A stretch of DNA of 64,000 nucleotides from sequence record PP496443.1; one strand, given 5' to 3'. The notes under the pieces are model-generated. The model saw only the letters and a program-made list of their open reading frames with translations. It made no database searches and was not told the origin of the DNA. Shown here in pieces: positions 41,983 to 49,721 of the stretch (its first letter is position 1; the number at the start of each line of letters is the position of its first letter). A program made the position numbers and the translations under genes.

Positions 41983-42368
41983 AATGGAGAACTCCCGTAG
42001 GACGTGGTAGGCACACCTGAAGACTTCAGCGGCTTGAGTCGGAAGTACAAGTCTTCCAAGTCAGATAGGCGGAAGTAGTTCATCACGGTGCCCACCTTCA
42101 GCTCGGTGAACAGGCACTTGTTGTTGTAGTGCATCAGCAAGGCCCAATAGTCCACGGAGCCGTAGATGGTATAGGACAAGAACTCAGGGTGGTACTCATC
42201 TTCCGCACCGACCAGCAGTGTGCCTGCCTTTTCCAACAGCGATACCTGCTTGAGGAATACACTGCTCAGGGGGTCATACATCTCAACCCCACCGGCGCTG
42301 ACCGTCTGGATGAATTTCTCCAGATCGTAGCGGCCATCACCTTTTCCTTCGTCAATGATGAAACCCAT
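41979..42368 (-). CDS. Baseplate wedge protein (gp53/LysM-like)
   Basis: PEFLSYTIYGSVDYWALLMHYN motif. Confidence 0.8.
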   Translation of the reverse strand: MGFIIDEGKGDGRYDLEKFIQTVSAGGVEMYDPLSSVFLKQVSLLEKAGTLLVGAEDEYHPEFLSYTIYGSVDYWALLMHYNNKCLFTELKVGTVMNYFRLSDLEDLYFRLKPLKSSGVPTTSYGSSPL

Positions 42369-42376
42369 GACTCACC

Positions 42377-43252
42377 TCAATTAAGCTTGGCCGCGCCGGA
42401 AGTCAATAGGTCCTTCAACTGCGCTGTTGTCTTGGTGCCTATTGCGGTGGCACTGGCATAAGACTTATCGAACTCAGATGATATCTGAGCCAGCCGTTGC
42501 TGATTGGTAAGCGAAGGGGTTGCGGCGGCAACGGCTGGCGCAGAGGCTGTAGCCGTGATGCTGGACAGCAGACCCAACCCTACGTCGCGGAAGAAGGCGA
42601 GGAACTCTTGATCGGAAACCAGACGGTACGGTTGCACCGTCAGGGAACCTGTGGCGTACAGCGGCGTGCCGTCAACGGTGACTGCCTGCGAGAATTCGAA
42701 GTTGGCATCCACCAAGATCAGGTTGGTGGCGCGGAACCACTGCCCGATCTCCAGCGTCCACGTACCCTGCGCTTCGGACTTACCCGAAGGCAAGTATCCG
42801 CCCGGCGGGGTGAGGAATGCCGAGAGGAAGGAGTCTACGCCTACCTTTTCGTTCTTACCTTCACCGATCCGAGGGTACAAGTAGCTTTGCAGCTTGGCGG
42901 ACTTTAGGTGGACGGGTTCCTCACTCTCGTTGTACCGCACGATAGCCACCTGAAGTGGGAACGTCGGGCGCTGTGTGCCGTTCCAGGTAGACACCGTGTT
43001 GAGCAGCGTCTTAATTTGGAAGGTCTTGAAGTCCGTACCGAAGGCGATGTTGGTCGCCGTGGTCAGCTCCGTGAGCTTCTGGGACTTGTCGTTGAAGAAT
43101 TGTTCAAATGGACTCTCATAGTTGGCCGAAGAGTTGATACCGAACGGCGCTGTGATGATGCACTTGAACTGATAGAGGTCTAACTGGTGGGAGAGGCGAA
43201 TCGTATGATCCGCACTCCCCATCAGCGCAGCGTAATCTAAACCGGCGCTCAT
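42377..43252 (-). CDS. Tail tube initiator (gp48/gp54-like)
   Basis: Directly downstream of the tape measure gene; LEIGQWF...LILVDANFEFS...PLYATGSLT tube-fold pattern. Confidence 0.6.
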   Translation of the reverse strand: MSAGLDYAALMGSADHTIRLSHQLDLYQFKCIITAPFGINSSANYESPFEQFFNDKSQKLTELTTATNIAFGTDFKTFQIKTLLNTVSTWNGTQRPTFPLQVAIVRYNESEEPVHLKSAKLQSYLYPRIGEGKNEKVGVDSFLSAFLTPPGGYLPSGKSEAQGTWTLEIGQWFRATNLILVDANFEFSQAVTVDGTPLYATGSLTVQPYRLVSDQEFLAFFRDVGLGLLSSITATASAPAVAAATPSLTNQQRLAQISSEFDKSYASATAIGTKTTAQLKDLLTSGAAKLN

Positions 43253-43261
43253 GGTATCCCC

Positions 43262-46200
43262 TTAGAAGGATGAATTGTTGACCATCATCACCATAATGTC
43301 ATCGATGTTCTTGGCCGCTTTGGTCGTACCATTACCAGAGTTGCTGCCCCCACCACCGGATTGAACCACTTGTGGTGCAGGTTGCTCTTTAACCGCATTG
43401 GTGGTACGGTCCTGTGTCTGAATGAGTGCTGCCGTCTGTGCAGTCTGCAACTGCGACTTGCTCTCATTGAGATTGCTGCGTGCGGAACCAACGTCCTGCA
43501 GGTTGCTGTTGGCTGCACTCAGGGACTTGAACTCACCTGTGACAAGTGGTGCCGAAGATTCTATTGGCTTGATCATCGACAGGCGTTGTGATGGTTCGGT
43601 CAGGACACCTTTGCTAACCTGGGGGTCCAGCACCACTGCCGGATCGGTAGGCTTGCTCTGGGTGATAGGAACCGGACCCGTAATGCCTTTGGTTGCCGAC
43701 ATTGGCTGATTAGCCGCAGGCGTGGACACAGTGGTGGCTGGCAGCGGAGTAATGCCTGGAATGAATGGCGTGGTAGGTGCAGCGTCGCCTTTAACCGGTA
43801 CGTCGGTAGCCGGGCCAGCCTTGCCGATAGCCAACGGAGTTACTACCTTGCCGTTGGTGTCTACCTTAGGTACAGTCATGGACGTACTGATCGCAGCATC
43901 CACTTTGTTCTTCATGTCCTTGCTGTACTTCTGGTTGTTCTCCGTACCGTTCCAGGCGTCAAGCATTTCGATGTCGGAGATCTGACCTTGGTAGCCTTCC
44001 TGACGGAACACTGCCTTGGCAATCGCCATCATCGTCGGCTGGTCGTTAGGATCCAGCTTCTGGTTTGGATCGATACCGGTTTCCTTCGAGACGGCCGTGA
44101 CATAGCCACTGGTATCGTTCTCGTTCGGCGGTGTCAGCTTGTTGACCAACTGCTTCAAGGTCATGCCTTCCGCAGACACGTGCTTGCGCGCCAGCTTGAA
44201 CCAAGCTCTTGCACCGTGCACAACGGTATCGAACTTCTCGAATCCACCTTCCTGACCGATTTCCCCTACCCACTGGTTCTTGTCGCTGGCCCGGATGTTA
44301 CCTGGGTTGAAGTTCCGGGTTGCCAGTGTGGCTTGGCCCTTGAGAGGTCCAGAACCGGAGCCCTGATACGACACACTCTGATCCAGCGTACCCGGCTGCG
44401 GCAGAACAGGGATGGCTTGACCCTTGATGTTCGGCGACGCACTGAAATCTTGGGCAGGGCTGGATACGGACTGTTCTTTGTCGAACCAGTTCATCGGGTT
44501 GATGCGGGTAGCCAGATCCTTGGCTTTCTGCACCATATCTGCAATACGGTTCGGGTTGCTGAAGAAGTCGATGGCCGCACCGATGGCAATACCCGTCGGG
44601 CCAAAGATTGCACCCTTGAGTCCACCTTCACCGAGGTAGTCCTTAGCGGTGTCCAGCATGTTCGTGCCGAGCTTGGTCACAGAGTCCAGTGTACCCGATG
44701 CTAGATCCTGTACCGACTTCCAGCCTTCCGTACCCCACGTTGTGACAGTATCCCAGCCTTTGCTTAGGCCGGTCATCATGTCATTAGTGAAACCTTCCAT
44801 ATACTTCGATGCTTTGTCCAGGCCACCCGCTACAGTGTCAGTGACGAACTTGGATGCAGGTCCCAGTACATTGGTAACCTTGTCCAGTCCCGCATAGATG
44901 TCTTTGGTGTCGATCAAGCCGAACGACAACCCCGAGGCAATCGAGGACAGTGCCGCTTGAGACTTCTGACCGAACGTGGCTTCTTGACCCGGCTTCAACC
45001 CGGCAATGTCTGCTGCGTTGTTCCAACCGTCGAACCCATCGTAGGCCGCCATCGCAGCAATACCGATAGGACCTAAGAGTTTGCTGGCGCCGGAAAGCAG
45101 CCCTCGACCTGCCAGCCGTGCTACCTTACCCCCAGCTTTGGCTAACCCAACGCCTCGACTGGCAAGCTTACCTGCACGCGTGGCTGGCCTTGGCCGGGCC
45201 GACGGGACGTGGGGCTCACCAGCAGATGGACCAGTTGGATGCGGCGTAGAAGAGTTACGAGGACGAACCGATCCGGTGGCTGTATCCAGAACAGCGTCAA
45301 TGTTGTCATCTGTTTGGTCACGACCACGACGCAGGCCAACCAGACTACCAATAGCCCCGGCACCAGCACCTACAAAAGCTGACATCTTGCCGACGCGACC
45401 GGTAGCGAAGCGGCCAACACCTTTGGCAGCACGTCCCAGCCGACTGCCACCCCGAGCAGCACCTTCCGCTGTACCCCTTGCAGCTCCTTTGCGTGCAGCA
45501 CGGCCTGTGAGGATAGCCGAACCAGCGGCACCCAGACCACCCACGATACCGTCGGACAATCCTAGAGCCGCGTCGAAGTTACCCAAGCCTAGAGCATTGA
45601 GCAAGCCAGAGATTGCGGTGGACGCTACGCCTTTACCAGCAGCAACGATGCCGGGGTTGCGAACGAAGCGATCACTCAGCTTGTTCTTTTGCAGCCCAGA
45701 CTCTACGTCGCCGTGATCCAGCAACGACTCATCGAACTTCTCGTTCAACTCTTTCAGGTTGAATACGATCTTTTCGTCAGTAGTGTCAGACTGAACTTTC
45801 TGCAAGATGTTGGCAACTTTCTTGCTGGTGTGAGCATTCAGCTTACCGTCTGCCCGAAACGCTTTCTGCATAGCCACCACTTGCGCAGCGAATTGCGGAA
45901 TGGCAGACAGCTGTTTGATCACACCTTGCATCGCATCCTTGCGTTCATTCAGGCTACCGTTCTTCAACGTCTTGATAGCACCCGCGATGTCCGCATCTAC
46001 CGACTGGCGTTGGAATGCAACCTTCTCATATCCCTTGAGCATGGTTGCAATCTGAGCGTATTCCTTCTCCGAGATGTCGCTGTTATGCGACAGGAGCTTC
46101 TCGATGTCCTTTAACTGCGGGTTCTCTTTCAGCTGGCGCGACTGGCGCAGGAAGCCAACGGTCTCCCCCGCAATGGTGCTCCGGTAGTTCTTACCCAGTC

Positions 46201-46777
46201 GGCGGTCCGTGATACGATCAGTCATCTGGCTGACGACTTTGTTGCTGTCTACGTGCGCAATCGGAGCAACCGCTTTGAGATCGATAGCTACCGCTTTGGC
46301 AGACTCGACAACGGCGTGGGCCTGATCAGAGTCAACCGACTTCCGGTTCAACACATCTTCGTACAGCTTGCGCTCGGGACCGGACCGGAACTTCTGAAGA
46401 CGCTCCAGTGCATCCATCTGGTCCTGAATGGTCTTTTGCAGGGACTCATCACCCTGCTTCTGAGCCTTCTTCATCTGCTTCATCAGTTCCAGCTGGGTCT
46501 TGCTGTAATCCAGCAGATCCGACTGGTTGCTCACCGAGTCCAGAATGGTGGTCAACTGATCATGCAAGCCTTTACCCATGAGGAAGGTGGGCACCATGGA
46601 TTTCATGGCACGCTTGAGCACGTCAACGCCTTCCGTGAAAGCACTAGAGGCCAATGCGTTTGACCGCTCGGCCATCTTGAGTTGCTTTTCACTCATCTTT
46701 TCCCGATCAATGGAACTCGGGTCGATGTTGTTGCTCTTGAGGATGTCTAAGTACGTTTCATTGATTAGGGTCGGCAT
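43262..46777 (-). CDS. Tape measure protein with a lysozyme-like domain near the C terminus
   Basis: 1171 aa, helical and Ala/Gly-rich; contains RNFNPGNIR...FDTVVHGARA...PPNENDTSGYV...EG. Confidence 0.8.
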   Translation of the reverse strand: MPTLINETYLDILKSNNIDPSSIDREKMSEKQLKMAERSNALASSAFTEGVDVLKRAMKSMVPTFLMGKGLHDQLTTILDSVSNQSDLLDYSKTQLELMKQMKKAQKQGDESLQKTIQDQMDALERLQKFRSGPERKLYEDVLNRKSVDSDQAHAVVESAKAVAIDLKAVAPIAHVDSNKVVSQMTDRITDRRLGKNYRSTIAGETVGFLRQSRQLKENPQLKDIEKLLSHNSDISEKEYAQIATMLKGYEKVAFQRQSVDADIAGAIKTLKNGSLNERKDAMQGVIKQLSAIPQFAAQVVAMQKAFRADGKLNAHTSKKVANILQKVQSDTTDEKIVFNLKELNEKFDESLLDHGDVESGLQKNKLSDRFVRNPGIVAAGKGVASTAISGLLNALGLGNFDAALGLSDGIVGGLGAAGSAILTGRAARKGAARGTAEGAARGGSRLGRAAKGVGRFATGRVGKMSAFVGAGAGAIGSLVGLRRGRDQTDDNIDAVLDTATGSVRPRNSSTPHPTGPSAGEPHVPSARPRPATRAGKLASRGVGLAKAGGKVARLAGRGLLSGASKLLGPIGIAAMAAYDGFDGWNNAADIAGLKPGQEATFGQKSQAALSSIASGLSFGLIDTKDIYAGLDKVTNVLGPASKFVTDTVAGGLDKASKYMEGFTNDMMTGLSKGWDTVTTWGTEGWKSVQDLASGTLDSVTKLGTNMLDTAKDYLGEGGLKGAIFGPTGIAIGAAIDFFSNPNRIADMVQKAKDLATRINPMNWFDKEQSVSSPAQDFSASPNIKGQAIPVLPQPGTLDQSVSYQGSGSGPLKGQATLATRNFNPGNIRASDKNQWVGEIGQEGGFEKFDTVVHGARAWFKLARKHVSAEGMTLKQLVNKLTPPNENDTSGYVTAVSKETGIDPNQKLDPNDQPTMMAIAKAVFRQEGYQGQISDIEMLDAWNGTENNQKYSKDMKNKVDAAISTSMTVPKVDTNGKVVTPLAIGKAGPATDVPVKGDAAPTTPFIPGITPLPATTVSTPAANQPMSATKGITGPVPITQSKPTDPAVVLDPQVSKGVLTEPSQRLSMIKPIESSAPLVTGEFKSLSAANSNLQDVGSARSNLNESKSQLQTAQTAALIQTQDRTTNAVKEQPAPQVVQSGGGGSNSGNGTTKAAKNIDDIMVMMVNNSSF

Positions 46778-46787
46778 GGCCTGTTAC

Positions 46788-46997
46788 CTATTTCCGCTGG
46801 ATCAAACTGGAGAGCATCTTCAACATGTTAGCGTTGCGGTCAGCCTCCTCTTTGAGACGGATCGTTAACAGGTTGTTCAGCTTCACTAGTCTGTCGTACG
46901 GCATAAATTGAATGTGGAAGGCATCAACTATCCCTTCCGCGGCCAAATCGCAAGCCATTTTTAGAAGTAGGCGTGGCTCCACGAAAGGGTGTGACAA
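46788..46997 (-). CDS. C-terminal (+1 frame) segment of the tail assembly chaperone, probably made by frameshift
   Basis: Overlaps the 3' end of 46924..47931 in the +1 frame. The tracked start is a TTG only 9-12 nt before the CCC TTT CGT site (46989-46981). Confidence 0.65.
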   Translation of the reverse strand: MSHPFVEPRLLLKMACDLAAEGIVDAFHIQFMPYDRLVKLNNLLTIRLKEEADRNANMLKMLSSLIQRK

Positions 46998-47931
46998 GCA
47001 TCGAGTCCTCCTTCACCTCGACACGAACATTTTTGATGACCCGTTCAATGAACTGCGGATAGAAGTTCTTTTGACCTTCCTCTTTCTCCGCTTCCATTTT
47101 TACCCAATCTTCGTTGAGCACTTTCTCTTTGACCGGGACGATCAAGTCCGAGATACCGTGGTAGAGCATGGTATCGATGGCCGTCAGCATCATCATCCGC
47201 TCGCCTGTGGCGTCGGCCACCAGCTTCAACATGGGCTCAAGGTCCTGATCACTGCCCAAAGCCAACCATGCGTGAGCCTGATTGATATCCTTGCGAACTT
47301 CTTCCGGGACATTGAGGTAGGCCAGATGCTGACGCAGCGTTACCGGCATGAACTCGATGCTCTGCATGCGACCACTGATCTCAGTATCGAGGATGATCGG
47401 TAGCTCTATCGTGAGTTCGTCGAATGCCAGTTCAGACGCACGCATGACGTGGTGACATTCCACCTCGTCTACCACGAAGGACAGCTGCACTTCTTCCGTG
47501 CCCATGGTGGAGAACTTGCGGTACATCGCGATGCAGATAAAGTCACCCATGGTCAGGTCAAGCGGATCAATCCCCGTGGCAGTAATGCCGTCGAGAATGT
47601 GCATGAACCGCTCAATCTCGGAGAACCGCCCTTCACTGACCGTTTCAATCTCGGCAAACGTGTAGGGACGGTAAGACACCGTGACGCCCGCCGGGTAGGG
47701 GCGGAACTGGCTCGGCAGTTCCTTCATCTGGAACCACGGCACGTCCACTTCTTCAGTGGTGAGCTTCTGAGGGGGCAGTGGCTCGGGTGCTGCTTGCATC
47801 ATGGAGGCCAAGCTTACTGCATCACCATCCACGGAGTCTTGATCAACGTCGCCCCAATCAAGGCTTTCCTTCTTAGGGTCGGGCGTATCCGCCTGCCGTT
47901 GGTGTGGGGGAATGGGGTTCTGGGTGAACAT
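46924..47931 (-). CDS. Tail/baseplate hub assembly chaperone (gp26-like)
   Basis: ELPSQFRPY...YRPYTFAEIE...LTMGDFICIAMYRKFS; immediately upstream of the tape measure gene. Confidence 0.75.
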   Translation of the reverse strand: MFTQNPIPPHQRQADTPDPKKESLDWGDVDQDSVDGDAVSLASMMQAAPEPLPPQKLTTEEVDVPWFQMKELPSQFRPYPAGVTVSYRPYTFAEIETVSEGRFSEIERFMHILDGITATGIDPLDLTMGDFICIAMYRKFSTMGTEEVQLSFVVDEVECHHVMRASELAFDELTIELPIILDTEISGRMQSIEFMPVTLRQHLAYLNVPEEVRKDINQAHAWLALGSDQDLEPMLKLVADATGERMMMLTAIDTMLYHGISDLIVPVKEKVLNEDWVKMEAEKEEGQKNFYPQFIERVIKNVRVEVKEDSMLVTPFRGATPTSKNGLRFGRGRDS

Positions 47932-47958
47932 TATGGTGACCTCATTTATAGGTAGGGT

Positions 47959-49041
47959 TTAGCTGAAGAACTGACCGATACTCGTCTTGGCCGACTTGTA
48001 GCCACTGGCTACCTGGTTTGCACCGCTGTTGATCGCGTTGTTAGCTGACTGCGAGATTCCACTGGTGGCGCTGTCGAACTTGCTGGAGACGGCACCGATG
48101 GCACTGGTGTAAGCATTGCTGACATCGTTCTGCAGGGTGGTCAAGCCGGTAGAGATGCGGTCGATGGCACTGTTGGCCGTGCTACTCAGCCCCGCAGCAC
48201 TCTTGAGCAAGCTGGTCGCCGTTCCAGATGGATCCAGGTCGCTACGGGTTGCACCTGGCGAACCGATGACCTCAAGCTTGAGCACGTACTGGCTCAAGTC
48301 ACCTTGTGACTTGCCGGAGAACGTGAGCGTACCGGAAGGAACTACCTTGTACGGTCTAATCTCTACAGTGTCCTTTTGCCGGGACATCTTCTTGATGTAC
48401 AGCATCTTGTACGCATCACCCATGGGCACGATACGACCCCCTGACCCGCCGATGTTCTGGTTCATCCACGTGGTGAAGTAGTTGAACAGACTATTGACAT
48501 GATCGTCCAAGAAGACAATCTGGATAGACATGGCGTGCGTACCTTCCATGATGGTGATCGTGGTAGGCCCCATCTGGAAGTCACGGGTGGTCACGTGCGC
48601 AGCGTCTTCCTCGATGTCAATTACCGGGAGCCAAGACTGGAAGTACGAGGGCAGCGCATTGGCGTCGGCCAGCTTAATGTCCCAGAGCTGATCCGTGTTC
48701 CACTCCACCTGTTGCAAGTCCAGCACGTTCTGCAAGTAACCGGAGTGTGCCGGGATAGGAGGTGAAGCGTTGGCATAGTTGCCGATGCTTCCCTGAAACA
48801 GCCCGAGGGACGTCAGCCCGCTCTTGATGGCCCCCAGTGACAGGGAGTTGTCACCTGTGAGTCGATACAACTTGTCGTTGATCTTTTGTTCAACGTAGCC
48901 ACCCAGCCGACTCTGAATGGTGTTGCCAATGATGCCTGTTACCGCGCCAAGTGATCCACTCTTGCGATAGGTACTGATTGCCTCGATACCCGTAGTGAAT
49001 GCCCCCAGCGCGCTATTGGTCTTTAGACTGAAAAGGCCCAT
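47959..49041 (-). CDS. Tail tube-like/initiator protein (gp19/gp54-like)
   Basis: SIQIVFLDD...LFNYFTTWM...YKMLYIKK...YKVVP tube-fold pattern. Start reassigned to ATG 49041 (GAGGA RBS). Confidence 0.6.
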   Translation of the reverse strand: MGLFSLKTNSALGAFTTGIEAISTYRKSGSLGAVTGIIGNTIQSRLGGYVEQKINDKLYRLTGDNSLSLGAIKSGLTSLGLFQGSIGNYANASPPIPAHSGYLQNVLDLQQVEWNTDQLWDIKLADANALPSYFQSWLPVIDIEEDAAHVTTRDFQMGPTTITIMEGTHAMSIQIVFLDDHVNSLFNYFTTWMNQNIGGSGGRIVPMGDAYKMLYIKKMSRQKDTVEIRPYKVVPSGTLTFSGKSQGDLSQYVLKLEVIGSPGATRSDLDPSGTATSLLKSAAGLSSTANSAIDRISTGLTTLQNDVSNAYTSAIGAVSSKFDSATSGISQSANNAINSGANQVASGYKSAKTSIGQFFS

Positions 49042-49072
49042 ACCGATATCCTCTTGTATGTAGCGGCGGCGC

Positions 49073-49086
49073 ATACACGTAATTAG
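49073..49086 (-). promoter_or_regulatory. Candidate late promoter CTAATTA-CGT-GTAT
   Basis: Copy of the recurrent motif, about 30 nt upstream of ATG 49041. Confidence 0.5.
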
Positions 49087-49113
49087 CGTAAGGGCTTAGT
49101 TGCCACACAGACG

Positions 49114-49148
49114 AAAAAAGCCCGCGCAGCTTGTGGCCGGGCGGGCTT
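49114..49148 (-). terminator. Rho-independent terminator
   Basis: AAGCCCGC/GCGGGCTT stem with TTTTTT on the minus strand. Confidence 0.75.
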
Positions 49149-49169
49149 GAGGTGGTGCAAGTACAGGGT

Positions 49170-49661
49170 CTAGCGTTTGCTTAGCAACCCCATTATCGCC
49201 AGCAGTCGATCTTTCGTTGTGGCTTCGCCTGATGCGATTGGGGGCGTTTCCGGGGTTTCCTCCACCGCTGATACGTCCAACGGGGTAATCGTGTCGCCTG
49301 CGCTGTCCTGCGTCGGTTCCGGTGCGTCGGCCACGGCCAGCGCATCGACCCACGTTGAATCTGCGGGACCACGTTGCACGTCCCGGCCAGTCAGATCCAC
49401 ATTGGTTGCGACGATGAGTTGATCGTCTTGGGCGTCAACTGCCCCGCCCTTCTTCATGGACAGCACCGAAATGATCTCCTTGACCAGCAGTACGTCATTC
49501 AGGTTGATTTGCTTGGGGTAGCGTTGCACACTCTTACTTCGCATGTAGGCCACGTAAGCGCGAGTGGTAGGTGCATCCCACACACCAGGTTCATAATCGT
49601 CGTGCAGCAGACCACGGCGTATGAACGCCCGCTGCACCTTGGCTAGCAAGGCGGTATCCAT
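49170..49661 (-). CDS. Hypothetical protein with a degenerate peptidoglycan-binding-like N terminus
   Basis: VQRAFIRRGL...PGVWDAPTTRAYVAY resembles PG_binding_1 (lQ..L...G....DG.fG..T..Av..F). Confidence 0.55.
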   Translation of the reverse strand: MDTALLAKVQRAFIRRGLLHDDYEPGVWDAPTTRAYVAYMRSKSVQRYPKQINLNDVLLVKEIISVLSMKKGGAVDAQDDQLIVATNVDLTGRDVQRGPADSTWVDALAVADAPEPTQDSAGDTITPLDVSAVEETPETPPIASGEATTKDRLLAIMGLLSKR

Positions 49662-49682
49662 TCAACAGTTCCTCTTGGTAGG

Positions 49683-49712
49683 CAGGGTGGGTGGGAATTC
49701 CCACCCACCCTG
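49683..49712. repeat. Perfect 30-bp palindrome
   Basis: CAGGGTGGGTGGGAATTCCCACCCACCCTG equals its own reverse complement. Confidence 0.95.
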
Positions 49713-49721
49713 TATCACGTG

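Noticed and set aside
3820-49148. Long loops with inner CGG/CCG pairing in several terminators as a new RNA motif
   Set aside because: The loop sequences do not align with each other; best explained as bulged terminator stems.
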